Assembly: GCA_032718475.1 (NCBI GenBank)
Contig: JAUCBJ010000103.1
Coordinates: 1-62,340 of the forward strand
Reading direction: 5' to 3'
Origin: Nemertoderma westbladi
Taxonomy: Eukaryota; Animalia; Xenacoelomorpha
Length of the DNA stretch: 62,340 nucleotides
The notes beneath the pieces were generated by a model, which did no database searches, was not told the DNA's origin, and saw nothing but the letters and a program-made list of their open reading frames with translations. This document shows, piece by piece, positions 1-12,001 of this stretch (the first letter of the stretch is position 1; the number at the start of each line of letters is the position of its first letter). The position numbers and the translations under genes are program-made.

Positions 1-6
1 ACTTAC

Positions 7-115
7 ATGCGAGGGGTTGTTTCCATTGTGACTGCACCAATGTCACTAGGATCCTGAAACTCAGACAGTTTGGCGGCGGCCGACTCCGGCCGAGGGGGTA
101 AGCCTTGTTTTAGAT
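7..115 (-). CDS. Graf: GRAF-family RhoGAP gene, most 3' exon in window (low-complexity region after the GAP domain)
   Basis: Acceptor TTGTTGTTTCAG and donor GTAAGT at 6-1. Open in phase 1 from exon 5246-5379 (HLKQGLPPRPESAAAKLSEFQDPSDIGAVTMETTPR). Supported by splice signals and phase only; no conserved domain. Confidence 0.65.
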
Positions 116-229
116 CTGAAACAACAAATAAATATTATTTACAATCGCAGAGTTCCAATTAATATTTAAGTCATTGTAATAAGTAAGTGCTAATGAGTTG
201 TTACATCAGTTTGCATTGAATTCGCATAT

Positions 230-275
230 CTCCGGGCGGAGGTCGTGGGTTCGAATCCCGCAGGGGCCGGGCAGT
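230..275 (+). mobile_element. tRNA-derived SINE-like fragment (3' half of a tRNA-like head)
   Basis: GGTCGTGGGTTCGAATCCCGC is a B-box/T-arm hairpin; no intact 5' half or acceptor stem is visible. Confidence 0.4.
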
Positions 276-899
276 TTTCGTTTCGACACGAATGCTTTAA
301 AGCGATTAGCCAGTACAATAGAACAGGTGACAGTTTTATTTTTGAGAGTAAGCAGCTGTTATTTGCGTCGAATTTCCCCTTGGGAGGGATGAATTTTAAT
401 TGCGTCCAGTTTACAACCCCCCCCCCCTATCAGGAGATTTCGTCATCCAGTAGTTTGTAGTTCTTTTGAAAAGTGTATCTCTTCTAAGACTACTTAGTAG
501 TTAGTAGAGCGTCAGTTATTGGATGTAGCCAGAGTTGTTGCATGTAGTCAAGGACGAGGACGTCTTGCTTGTAGTAGTGAAGGATTCAGTAATCCTTGCT
601 TGTCGTTAATTACTTGCAATTAATGCTATTACAGTAATTGCAGTTAGACTTGTGTCAGCGTCAGGCAGTTAATCTACTGTATAAGGTAGGCCTACATGTT
701 AATCAGTTAGTGTACCCGTTTCAGTATTGCCTTGTCCAATCCGCCAATTACTGCAGAAACTACAGACTCTGCGCTGTTCTGCTGTTCTTTGGCTCCTTTC
801 TCCCATTTATGCAGTTATTAGTTTATCATTGATAACAGTGATAATTTATAAGCCTACCACAACCACCATCGCGAGATTATCCACGGACGATACCGAACA

Positions 900-1787
900 A
901 TGTCTGACCCTGAGAAACATATAAAGACCATGAGGACCGCCCTTGGTCGTGCACGTTGGGGCGGCCCGGCCGCGATCCTAGGCGCCCTGGGACTCTACGC
1001 AGCCACTCACTCCTTCTACTCCGTGGAGGCGGGGCGAAGGGCCGTACTGTTCAGCCGTATAGGCGGCCTACAGAACAACGTCTACAGCGAGGGCCTACAC
1101 TTCCGCATCCCCTGGCTGCAGTGGCCCATCCTATTCGACATTCGAACCCGCCCATTTAACATTAAATCGCCAACGGGTAGCAAAGACCTCCAGACGATAA
1201 ACATCGCCTTGCGGGTGCTGTACCGTCCGCACTCGGCGGCCATCCCCGTTATATGCAGACAGCTCGGAGAGCAATACGACGAACGCGTTCTACCCTCGAT
1301 AACAAACGAGGTACTCAAATCCGTCGTGGCAAAGTTCAACGCGTCGCAACTGATAACAATGAGACAGGAGGTGAGTTTACTCATCGCCAAGGAGTTGAAA
1401 GAACGCGCAAAGGATTTCAACCTAATTCTGGACGACGTATCTATAACCGAGTTGGGTTTCGGTAAGGAATACACGCACGCGGTCGAAGCCAAACAGATAG
1501 CTCAGCAGGAGGCCCAACGGGCTCAATTTGTTGTCGAGCGAGCGAAACAGGAGCGACAAGAGAAGGTGGTGCGAGCCGAAGGGGAAGCCAAGGCTGCTGA
1601 ACTGATAGGCGAGTCAGTAAGGAAGAATCCGGGATATCTCAAGCTGAGGCGGATTCGGGCTGCCACCGCGATCTCCAAGGTGATAGCGGAGTCATCGAAC
1701 AGGGCCTATCTAGACTCAGGGACCTTGTTACTCAATCTGAACGATCTAGAGGACCAGTTCAATAAACCACCCGGAGGAGGGAAGTGA
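900..1787 (+). CDS. PHB2: Prohibitin-2 (SPFH/band-7), intronless, nested antisense in a Graf intron
   Basis: 295-aa ORF with prohibitin motifs [70 protein letters not shown] and [13 protein letters not shown] (PHB2-type C-terminus). AATAAA signals follow near 1916 and 1974. Confidence 0.95.
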   Translation: MSDPEKHIKTMRTALGRARWGGPAAILGALGLYAATHSFYSVEAGRRAVLFSRIGGLQNNVYSEGLHFRIPWLQWPILFDIRTRPFNIKSPTGSKDLQTINIALRVLYRPHSAAIPVICRQLGEQYDERVLPSITNEVLKSVVAKFNASQLITMRQEVSLLIAKELKERAKDFNLILDDVSITELGFGKEYTHAVEAKQIAQQEAQRAQFVVERAKQERQEKVVRAEGEAKAAELIGESVRKNPGYLKLRRIRAATAISKVIAESSNRAYLDSGTLLLNLNDLEDQFNKPPGGGK

Positions 1788-2500
1788 TAATAACAGAGAC
1801 GGCGGATTTAATAACATAGACGTCGGTTTATTAGAGGACTGAAAATACTTCACTTACTAGGACTTTCTATTGATGGAATTAACTATAAAGTTGCCCAACG
1901 GCTCCGAAACTGTTCGAATAAAACTATAGATTATTAAATAGTTTCTCTACTAAATAATGTGCTAAATATACAAAATAAAGTGCTAATAATGCAACCAGTT
2001 AGCTTGTGATTTGTTTATAACCCCCCCCCCCCCCCCCCTTACAATTTTGTTGATTAACCTTTTTAATCAACTTTTAATTAAAGAGCTTCACGAATGGACG
2101 AACACGTACTCCTGGGTAAGAGCAAATAAAGCAGAATACCCGGTACTATGAAAATGTTTTGTAAAAAATCCCCGCCATAAGGCATTGCCATTATGATAGA
2201 CCCGGTGATGGCAGCAGTGATCGACTAGCTAAAAGCTGAGAGCGGCGGGATTCCCAATACAGTCTCACATAATTATTGTAATGAATCCCATTGTTAATTC
2301 TGTTATATCATGTTATTCTGTCATCATTATATTTCACTTAGTAAAATATAATTTGGTTAGATAAATTGGATAATGCATGAATAAATTATTATTATCTGGT
2401 ATTTTGGGCGAATGAGTGGTTTCATATTATTATAATTCTCGTTGGGCACTGGTGACCTCCAGTATACAGATTTCATGGTTAATATACTATGATAAACACC

Positions 2501-2670
2501 CGTCATTGTAGCGAGTGGTTAAAGACAGGTACAGTGGGGTTGATCACAGTTTGGTTGCAGATTGGCATTGCTATTGGCAGTTGGGATGGATGCCATGACA
2601 TCTATCTTTTATCTGAGATGCTAGCTGAATGGTAATTCCAACCGAGAGGTCACCAGTTCGACCCCACCTG
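2501..2670 (+). mobile_element. Possible tRNA-derived SINE head with widely separated A and B boxes
   Basis: A-box-like TAGCGAGTGGTTAAAG at about 2509 and B-box-like GGTCACCAGTTCGACCCC at about 2648. Confidence 0.3.
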
Positions 2671-3335
2671 AACGTTATTGCCGAATTTGCTAAGCTCTGC
2701 CCATATATAACCAAAATTATTGTAATACAATTCATTGCTCATTCCCGTATTAAGTCAGGAGGTCTATAAGGTCAGATCCTCAGCAGTAAGAAATCAGCAA
2801 CGACTACCAAAGCAGCACAGAATCCACTGTTTCACGGAAAGTCTCCTCAACTTCAACCCATGGTTTCCCTTTGGGATGCGGGAACAGATTATCTTTTTAA
2901 GATACTTTTAAAAAGAACTCAATTAGTCGTGTAACATCATCGGTTATAGATACTACGGTCTGAGTAGTTTCGACATGGTATGATGAGTATCCAATACCAT
3001 CATCAATTCATTGCTGAGCTCGAGTGAGTGAGCATACCCTACTGTAAAAACTCTATATACAATTATGGATTTTTCGTTGAGGAGACTAAATGCTTCATTT
3101 ATAACTACAACATACCGGCATTTGACATCTGAAGATAACAGTTTAAATGTGTAATTATAAATTTGAAATAAAGCAGTTCTTTAACTAGTTTTTTTATCAG
3201 GGTTTTTTTTTCAAAATATCCGCTGTGAAAAGTTTCTAAACGGCGAGGAAACATTTAGAATATCTCTAATTTGTTTAGAAAACCAAAATAATTTGCCCAA
3301 TGACGAATTTGAAAGATTAATTTTGAAGAGTAGGC

Positions 3336-3368
3336 CATGACCTACTATAACAGTTATAGTAGGTCATG
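3336..3368. mobile_element. 33-bp palindromic micro-MITE with CATG termini and 7-bp TSD
   Basis: CATGACCTACTATAAC-A-GTTATAGTAGGTCATG is a perfect inverted repeat, flanked by AGTAGGC on both sides (3329-3335, 3369-3375). Confidence 0.8.
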
Positions 3369-3415
3369 AGTAGGCCATGCAGTACTTCCTGTAGTGTATT
3401 GCTTTGTTTTCTACT

Positions 3416-3693
3416 TTATTCAACCATACGGTATTGTACTGGTAAGTCGTATGTCATAAGTTATTCAACCATACGGTATTGTACTGGTAAGTCGTATATG
3501 TCATAAGTTATTCAACCATACGGTATTGTACTGGTAAGTCGTATATGTCATAAGTTATTCAACCATACGGTATTGTACTGGTAAGTCGTATGTCATAAGT
3601 TATTCAACCATACGGTATTGTACTGGTAAGTCGTATATGTCATAAGTTATTCAACCATACGGTATTGTACTGGTAAGTCGTATATGTCATAAG
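3416..3693. repeat. Tandem repeat, 45-47-bp unit, about 6 copies
   Basis: Unit TTATTCAACCATACGGTATTGTACTGGTAAGTCGTA(TA)TGTCATAAG. Confidence 0.9.
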
Positions 3694-4681
3694 TCAAAAT
3701 AAATTATGGAACACATAGCTGGTTTCAATGGGAGCACTTCCACTGGGTATGTCATAAGTCGATTGTTACGATTCATGAGTCGAAAGTGATTATGTCCCAT
3801 CTTTTGACATACGACTCATGAGTTATATCCGGCAAGAGGCCTGTGATTGGTTACTTTGGGTACCAGCAAGCCAGAAAATATTGTACAGCAATTTATGGTT
3901 TTCCATTAAATGTTAGGCGCATCTTATATTTTTTAAGAAAAGACTTATGACTTACCAGTAGAGCACGGGAGATATATGCCTACTTTTGACATCGACGGAC
4001 TCAGACAAAAATCTGAAAGCGCCTTATGACATACGACTCATGAGTTACCAGTGAGGCGTGGGCATACGTAATCTTAAATATCATCCGAAATATTAAACTA
4101 ATAAAGACCTACTACCCTATGTAATGCAGCTTTGGTAAATTAATGCCATTTTTATTGGAAAAGATTATTCCACATCATTGGGGTGTTGGGACAGTAAAAT
4201 AAGTATAAAATTTATAAGACTATAAATTATGGGAATGTCAGTGAAACACTCGTAGACCCTAACACAGTCGATGTAGATTTACTTAGAAATAAACAATACC
4301 ACGAGAAATGAGGCCGAGTTTATTCGATATTATAGAAGTTGGTACAAATGAAGCTGATGGACACGAATCAGATTTAGAGGATCAAGTATTCGATTCTGGT
4401 GAATGAATAACGAACAAACAACATTAATAATTAATTAAATATGGTTAATCTTAAATTTTGATTTACAGGTGTTTTTATTTCAAACGCTGTAGTAAAGTTT
4501 ATATTTATCAATTCGTTGTTTGCAATATTTAATTTTAGAAATATTTCTAAACAAGTTTAAAAAATTTAGAAATCACTATTTTTATTTATAAATTTCAATA
4601 ACATTTAGGAAAAAAAACCTGGTTTATATATCATTGTAAATGATTTAATATAAAATAATATCTTCAGGGTTCACAATAATT

Positions 4682-5078
4682 GAAGGGCTGAGCATAAAAA
4701 GGTCCTGTGACAAAAGTGACATTCTGAGATAATCACACTTTTGGGTTTTTTTACCTACGTACATTACAGTTGATGTTGGCATTCTGTATTTTTGCATGCA
4801 AGTACATTGATGTACTTCAAAATCTTTACTTTCAAAAAAATTTCAAAATTGTTTCGCATATATCAGGCAGTATTGTACATAAGACCTTTTTTTGATTATT
4901 TCTGCGATTTTTACTGTACATAGGACTATTTTACTTCAGGATGGATATCAGGCAGTATAGTTCATATGATCTCAGAACCTTATTGGTAAGTTAAGTTAGG
5001 TCTCATAGGAACTCTGTATGTCGTATAACTCTGATTCTAAGAAAATGTCACATAGGACCTTTTTATGCTCAGCCCTTC
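4682..5078. mobile_element. Non-autonomous DNA transposon (MITE) with about 30-bp TIRs
   Basis: GAAGGGCTGAGCATAAAAAGGTCCT(G)TGACA at the left end and TGTCACATAGGACCTTTTTATGCTCAGCCCTTC at the right end. Flanks are AATT/AAAT; superfamily uncertain. Confidence 0.75.
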
Positions 5079-5245
5079 AAATATTCGCAATTATACAACA
5101 ATGGATGGACTCAAAGGATATAGTCCACATGGGTAATGGGGAGAAATTGGGAGTTACGAAATGAAGGACATCCCACTTCACAAATAATGGTTGGCGTATT
5201 AATAGTAGTGGTACTTTACTGGCGAGTGTGCGGTGTGGTACTTAC

Positions 5246-5379
5246 GGCGTCTAGCTAAGGCTGCTTGCCCCGCCAGTCCACTCAACCGTGTCGTACTGTT
5301 AACCGAGTCGGAGCTGCAGCTGTTTACCCCCGACGCCAATAAAGCATCTTCGCTGCCAGTGGTCCGACTTCTGGATGAT
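5246..5379 (-). CDS. Graf: GRAF-family RhoGAP gene exon (Ser-rich linker)
   Basis: Acceptor TACTATTCCAG and donor C|GTAAGT. Phase 2 in (CG+A=Arg), phase 1 out. Reads SSRSRTTGSEDALLASGVNSCSSDSVNSTTRLSGLAGQAALARR. Confidence 0.7.
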
Positions 5380-5563
5380 CTGGAATAGTAATTATTGAAG
5401 CCTTTATACCGCCAATCTTGCATTATAAGATATTATTATTAGAATCTTACAAAATAGATTGGCCACATAAATATCAGTCCGCTAAATTTTGAAATATTAA
5501 CAAGTTAATAAAAATTTTTTAAATTAGAAATAGCAAATTTGCTGTACAACCTGATATTCCAAC

Positions 5564-5599
5564 CATGACCTACTATAAAGATATCTTTCCTAGGTCATG
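5564..5599. mobile_element. Second copy of the CATG micro-MITE (36 bp, diverged)
   Basis: CATGACCTACTATAAAGATATCTTTCCTAGGTCATG, flanked by TTCCAAC/TTCAAAC (7-bp TSD with one mismatch). Confidence 0.7.
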
Positions 5600-5829
5600 T
5601 TCAAACATTAATGAATTCAATATTTGCTTGGTGTTGTTTCATAGTTGGCATTTCCAGTCCGCGAGAACTTCCTCAAATTCTACGATTTGTTTGCGTAGTT
5701 TTAATTTAAGATCGATCTGACAAAAATACTGCTGTAATTTGGAGGGTTACTACGGAGGTTACTATGATTGGTTTGTTTCTGCCAAACAAACCACTGATCG
5801 AAAGCCTAAGGTCCTCCTGACGTCATGAT

Positions 5830-8096
5830 GATATCAAAGTAATAATTTCATGGAGAAATCAAGTAGGAACTAGCAATACACAACTAAGGTATCGCCAACA
5901 ATTTTCACTGTATATAAACCGCGAGTACCAGTTAAATAACTGGGAGCAAATCTTGGGATAGGAGTAGCGCCCATGGAAGAAATTTGAACTATGCACCCCA
6001 TCTGAGAAAATAAAGAAAGAGCATAGCGACCTGAACGATCTAGTAGGGAGTCTGAGAGACAAATGTGACAATGAGCTTATGCCATCCATTTCACCCATAG
6101 TTGTGAAGCAAGTTATTATTAAACTCAACAAAGGGAAATCACCCGATTTTATGTCTCTGACAGCAGAGCACCTACTTAATACAAATCCAACCTCCACCTC
6201 CAGAACTATTGCCAACATACTTAATGGAGCAATTAGGCTTGGTGAAGTACCTTCCTCATTTGGAAACACTACTGTTACTCATGTGTATAAGGGGAAGAAG
6301 AAGAACCGCCAGTTACTATCCTCTTACCGTCCAATCGCGTCTATCCATATTTTTGCTAAGATCTTTGAGGGAACTATCTTATCACTGTACCTCTCAGATT
6401 ATGAAATTCTAACAAATCCAAATCAACTAGGTTTTAAAAAAAGAATTGGAATAGACATGGCAATTGGTCTAGCCTTGGAATGCGTGGAATTTTACCGTCA
6501 AAGATCACCTCTCTTTGTGTGTCAAATGGACATCAAGTCTGCATTTGACGAGGTGAACCTTGCCAAGTTAATGTACAAGTTATCGGAATCAATCAACCCA
6601 TACATTGTGATAGTCCTATGTCGCTACTACATGGCTACCATCATCTACCTTAAGTTTGGTGAACATGTGGAATTACCAGGCTACACTATACTTAAGGGAC
6701 TTAAACAAGGATCAGTACTATCGCCCTCGTTTTTCAACATATATACGTCCACCATCCTTAACAAGCTGCAAGCTGATAAACTAGGAAGCTCCATTGGGTC
6801 AGCATGGGTTGGAGTAATTGGCTATGCTGACGACTTCCTTCTACAGGCTACCAGCTCGTTAGAAATTACAAGGATGATGAAACTTATAATGGACGAGTGC
6901 CACAAGCTGGATCTAGAACTTGAACATTCCAAAACAAAATGGTTCTGCAGTTCACCTACCTCGTACCCTGCCTTCCTGGATATCAATGGATACCTAATCC
7001 CCGAAAGTACAACACTTTACTTCTTAGGGTTTAACCTTGCTATTAGGAAGTACGATGCCCTACAGTACTGCATCACCACCTTATCCACCACCTGTGAAAT
7101 CTTTAGAAGCAGATCTTGGACTGCTCGCTGGTTAGACTGTGAAACACTTGGGAGGTTATGGAATGGCATTGGTATCCCATCAGCATTGTACAAGATTAAA
7201 TTCTTGTTTGGCGCACTCTCGAAATCCCAAACTGAAACCCTGGAAATCCACTACAGGAAATTATTACGAAGGCTACTCTGCCTCGGCAACTATGCCAGTA
7301 ACAACACTGTCTATAAACTAATGGGATGTGGCTATGTAGCGGACGAGGCCTTTAAATCAATAGTTGGAACAATTATGCGCTTGGAATCGTGCCCTAACGA
7401 GGTTTTACAGACAGGACTATGCTACGCCCTCTTACACAACATTCCCCGTAAACCCCATATTGGATTGGGCAGCACTTATCACAACGCAGCCAAATCCTAC
7501 CCGTTGCCCTCCCTTCGCTCGCTGTTGACCTCTACGTACTCAAGACGGAGAGTAATTTCAAACATAAAGCCCGGCGAATTAAGCTTGAAAGAACAAAGTG
7601 ACGCTAATTTCATCTCAAACTGCTATCAAATGGCGATACCATTCGGCGACCGACATAAGCATATACTAGATTACTTTGGAATTTAATTAACCTAATTGGG
7701 ACCAATACAACAATCTGATATTTCTAATTAGCCGAAATTCCGACCCCCCTGACAGTTTATATTCCTCTAATATATAAACAAATTTGATTCGGGATCTGTA
7801 ACCTGTATCTGTTTATATCATGTATTGGTTATAAGTGTTGGTTATATCATGTATTTATGTAATTTGTATTTAACACTATACTAGTGATGATGTGTATTCC
7901 CTGGGGGGATATATATTTTATTGACTGGGGGGATGTATATTTTATTGACTGGGGGGATGTATATTTTATTGACTACCTAATTCTTATGTATTTGTGCAAC
8001 TGTACCTGTTGTATTTTATATATTGGTATGTGCTATGTACCATGATTTTAACCAAACCTATTTTAATATATGGCGCCATCGAGCGGCCTCTATACG

Positions 8097-8133
<37 letters not shown>
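5830..8133 (+). mobile_element. 5'-truncated non-LTR retrotransposon (LINE, possibly RTE-X-like) with 3' UTR and poly(A) tail
   Basis: RT ORF 6079-7686, in-frame stops upstream (about 5959-5967), 3' UTR with short tandem repeats (about 7900-7975) and poly(A) at about 8097-8133. The 5' boundary is approximate and no TSD was identified. Confidence 0.85.
6079..7686 (+). CDS. Non-LTR reverse transcriptase (C-terminal part of ORF2, no endonuclease visible)
   Basis: Motifs YRPIASIHIFAKIFE, QLGFKK, DIKSAFDEV, GLKQGSVLSPSFFNIY, GYADD and YFLG. Confidence 0.9.
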   Translation: MPSISPIVVKQVIIKLNKGKSPDFMSLTAEHLLNTNPTSTSRTIANILNGAIRLGEVPSSFGNTTVTHVYKGKKKNRQLLSSYRPIASIHIFAKIFEGTILSLYLSDYEILTNPNQLGFKKRIGIDMAIGLALECVEFYRQRSPLFVCQMDIKSAFDEVNLAKLMYKLSESINPYIVIVLCRYYMATIIYLKFGEHVELPGYTILKGLKQGSVLSPSFFNIYTSTILNKLQADKLGSSIGSAWVGVIGYADDFLLQATSSLEITRMMKLIMDECHKLDLELEHSKTKWFCSSPTSYPAFLDINGYLIPESTTLYFLGFNLAIRKYDALQYCITTLSTTCEIFRSRSWTARWLDCETLGRLWNGIGIPSALYKIKFLFGALSKSQTETLEIHYRKLLRRLLCLGNYASNNTVYKLMGCGYVADEAFKSIVGTIMRLESCPNEVLQTGLCYALLHNIPRKPHIGLGSTYHNAAKSYPLPSLRSLLTSTYSRRRVISNIKPGELSLKEQSDANFISNCYQMAIPFGDRHKHILDYFGI

Positions 8134-8138
<5 letters not shown>

Positions 8139-8354
8139 ACCCTCAGGTAGCAGCTATCGAAAGAGGAGCATTCGGGTCGCCTCCGGCTTCGGCCGACTGT
8201 TTGCTTGCTTTTATAAACCGCCCTTCCAATTCGCCTTTGGGAACATTTTTTTGGTTTTTAAACAAAATTGAGATTTTCTAAAGTTTTTCAAATCATGATA
8301 AAGTTTTCCGAGTGAAAATATTCCAAAAAGACGCTGCTTACTTAACGTATCTGA

Positions 8355-11300
8355 TTAGAGCTCATCTGTTGAGCTCATTAACCTTAGTGAGTAGAGCTCA
8401 TCTCCAGAGCTCACTTCTAGCTGAATAGAGCACTATGCTGAGCTCATTTACCTAACTGTGTAGAGTTCATCTGCTGAGCTCACTAACCTAGCTGAGAATA
8501 GATTGTCTGTTGAGCTCACTAACCTAGCTGAATAGAGCTCATTTGTTGAGTTCACTAACCTATCTGAATAGAGCTCGTCGGTTGAGCTCACTAACCTAGC
8601 TGAATAGAGCTCATTTGTTGAGCTCACTAACCCATCTGAATAGAGTTCGCCTGTTGAGCTCACTAACCTAGCTGAATAGAGCTCGTCTGTTGAACTCATT
8701 TACCTAGCTGAATAGAGTTCGCCTGTTGAGCTCACTAACCTAGCTGAATAGAGCTCGTCTGTTGAACTCATTAACCTAGCTGAATAGAGTTTGCCGGTTG
8801 AGCTCATTTACCTAACTGTGTAGAGTTCATCTGCTGAGCTCACTAACCTAGCTGAATAGAGCTCGTCGGTTGAGCTCACTAACCTAGCTGAATAGAGCTC
8901 ATTTGTTGAGCTCACTAACCTATCTGAATAGAGTTCGCCTGTTGAGCTCACTAACCTAGCTGAATAGAGCTCGTCTGTTGAGCTCACTAACCTAGCTGAA
9001 TAGAGCTCGTCTGTTGAGCTCACTAACCTAGCTGAATAGAGCTCGTCGGTTGAGCTCACTAACCTAGCTGAATAGAGCTCGTCTGTTGAACTCACTAAAC
9101 CTAGCTGAATAGAGCTCATTTGTTGAGCTCACTAACCTAGCTGAATAGAGCTCGTCTGTTGAGCTCACTAACCTATCTGAATAGAGTTCGAATGTTGAGC
9201 TCACTAACCTAGCTGAATAGAGCTCATTTGTTGAGCTCACTAACCCATCTGAATAGAGTTCGCCTGTTGAGCTCACTAACCTAGCTGAATAGAGCTCGTC
9301 TGTTGAACTCATTTACCTAGCTGAATAGAGTTCGCCTGTTGAGCTCACTTACCTAGCTGAATAGAGCTCGTCTGTTGAACTCATTAACCTAGCTGAATAG
9401 AGTTTGCCGGTTGAGCTCATTTACCTAACTGTGTAGAGTTCATCTGCTGAGCTCACTAACCTAGCTGAATAGAGCTCGTCGGTTGAGCTCACTAACCTAG
9501 CTGAATAGAGCTCATTTGTTGAGCTCACTAACCTATCTGAATAGAGTTCGCCTGTTGAGCTCACTAACCTAGCTGAATAGAGCTCGTCTGTTGAGCTCAC
9601 TAACCTAGCTGAATAGAGCTCGTCTGTTGAGCTCACTAACCTAGCTGAATAGAGCTCGTCGGTTGAGCTCACTAACCTAGCTGAATAGAGCTCGTCTGTT
9701 GAACTCACTAAACCTAGCTGAATAGAGCTCATTTGTTGAGCTCACTAACCTAGCTGAATAGAGCTCGTCTGTTGAACTCACTAAACCTAGCTGAATAGAG
9801 CTCATTTGTTGAGCTCACTAACCTATCTGAATAGAGTTCGCCTGTTGAGCTCACTAACCTAGCTGAATAGAGCTCGTCGGTTGAGCTCACTAACCTAGCT
9901 GAATAGAGCTCGTCTGTTGAACTCACTAAACCTAGCTGAATAGAGCTCATTTGTTGAGCTCACTAACCTAGCTGAATAGAGCTCGTCTGTTGAGCTCACT
10001 AACCTAGCTGAATAGAGCTCGTCTGTTGAACTCACTAACCTAGCTGAATAGAGCTCGTCTGTTGAACTCACTAAACCTAGCTGAATAGAGCTCATTTGTT
10101 GAGCTCACTAACCTAGCTGAATAGAGCTCATTTGTTGAGCTCACTAACCTAGCTGAATAGAGCTCGTCGGTTGAGCTCACTAACCTAGCTGAATAGAGCT
10201 CGTCTGTTGAACTCACTAACCTAGCTGAATAGAGCTCGTCTGTTGAACTCACTAAACCTAGCTGAATAGAGCTCATTTGTTGAGCTCACTAACCTAGCTG
10301 AATAGAGCTCATTTGTTGAGCTCACTAACCTAGCTGAATAGAGCTCATTTGTTGAGCTCACTAACCTAGCTGAATAGAGCTCGTCTGTTGAACTCACTAA
10401 ACCTAGCTTAATAGAGCTCGTCTGTTGAACTCACTAAACCTAGCTGAATAGAGCTCATTTGTTGAGCTCACTAACCTAGCTGAATAGAGCTCGTCGGTTG
10501 AGCTCACTAACCTAGCTGAATAGAGCTCGTCTGTTGAACTCACTAAACCTAGCTGAATAGAGCTCATTTGTTGAGCTCACTAACCTAGCTGAATAGAGCT
10601 CGTCTGTTGAGCTCACTAACCTAGCTGAATAGAGCTCGTCTGTTGAACTCACTAACCTAGCTGAATAGAGCTCGTCTGTTGAACTCACTAAACCTAGCTG
10701 AATAGAGCTCATTTGTTGAGCTCACTAACCTAGCTGAATAGAGCTCATTTGTTGAGCTCACTAACCTAGCTGAATAGAGCTCGTCGGTTGAGCTCACTAA
10801 CCTAGCTGAATAGAGCTCGTCTGTTGAACTCACTAAACCTAGCTGAATAGAGCTCATTTGTTGATTTCACTAACCTAGCTGAATAGAGCTCGTCTGTTGA
10901 ACTCATTAACCTAGCTGAATAGAGCTCGTCTGTTGAACTCACTAAACCTAGCTGAATAGAGCTCATTTGTTGAGCTCACTAACCTAGCTGAATAGAGCTC
11001 GTCGGTTGAGCTCACTAACCTAGCTGAATAGAGCTCGTCTGTTGAACTCACTAAACCTAGCTGAATAGAGCTCATTTGTTGAGCTCACTAACCTAGCTGA
11101 ATAGAGCTCGTCGGTTGAGCTCACTAACCTAGCTGAATAGAGCTCGTCTGTTGAACTCACTAAACCTAGCTGAATAGAGCTCATTTGTTGAGCTCACTAA
11201 CCTAGCTGAAAAGAGCTCGTCTGTTGAACTCACTAAACCTAGCTGAATAGAGCTCATTTGTTGAGCTCACTAACCTAGCTGAATAGAGCTCATTTGTTGA

Positions 11301-11590
11301 GCTCACTAACCTAGCTGAATAGAGCTCGTCGGTTGAGCTCACTAACCTAGCTGAATAGAGCTCGTCTGTTGAACTCACTAAACCTAGCTGAATAGAGCTC
11401 ATTTGTTGAGCTCACTAACCTAGCTGAATAGAGCTCGTCTGTTGAACTCACTAACCTAGCTGAATAAAGCTCGTCTGTTGAGCTCACTAACCTAGCTGAA
11501 TAGAGCTCGTCTGTTGAGATCACTAACCGTGCTGAATAGAGTTCGCCTGTTGAGATCACTAACCGTGCTGAATAGAGCTCATCTGCTGAT
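8355..11590. repeat. 36-bp minisatellite (about 90 copies) derived from the exon 11564-11742 donor junction
   Basis: Unit GAGCTCACTAACCTAGCTGAATAGAGCTCGTCTGTT with 37-bp variants. Contains an internal 613-bp duplication (8631 vs 9244) and is most degenerate at the end distal to the exon. Confidence 0.95.
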
Positions 11591-11742
11591 GCACCAGGGT
11601 TAGCTGGGACTGATGATACCGACGACCTTGAGGATCTGTTAACAAGAACAGCTGATCCGTTGTTATGGGTACGGCCGCCTTGTGCAAGCCACTCTTGAGG
11701 ATGGGCGGGCAAAACCTCAATCGAAGGTTGGGATTCGAATAC
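11564..11742 (-). CDS. Graf: GRAF-family RhoGAP gene exon (end of GAP domain plus linker)
   Basis: Acceptor AACTTTTAG, phase 0, begins VF (matching the family IF after the GAP helix), reads ...ASADELYSAR, donor CG|GTTAGT. The exact donor is ambiguous because it is tandemly repeated. Confidence 0.75.
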
Positions 11743-12001
11743 CTAAAAGTTTAACAGTAAAATATGTATAAACAATAAACATTAATGTATAAATAAAATA
11801 AAGCGCAACAATAATATATTGGGAATTAATAATATAATATTTAATTGTAATGCCGCGCCTGTCAGAGCAATTAGCCCAGCACGAACGGCTCACAGGAAAA
11901 AGAAAAGACAAAAAAGGGAGGTATAATAATTATTATTGTATTACGCATCGAAAATTCCCAGAAACGAGGAGGATGGGCAGCGACCTAGACACGAACGACT
12001 T

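Noticed and set aside
2190-3045. Candidate Graf SH3 or terminal exons (NYVRL near 2260; acceptor near 3042)
   Set aside because: No ALY/WLEG/GLIP SH3 motifs. Exon 7-115 is a better phase-compatible continuation, so any SH3 domain probably lies outside the window.
8134-8215. Structured GC-rich stretch after the LINE poly(A), possibly a ribozyme
   Set aside because: I could not fit a hammerhead or HDV core by eye. It is more likely a SINE 3' remnant; an Infernal/Rfam search would be needed.
8448-11402. Many short ORFs of LVSSTDELYSAR repeats
   Set aside because: They are satellite-derived. Only the exon-proximal units could plausibly be translated, which is reported separately.
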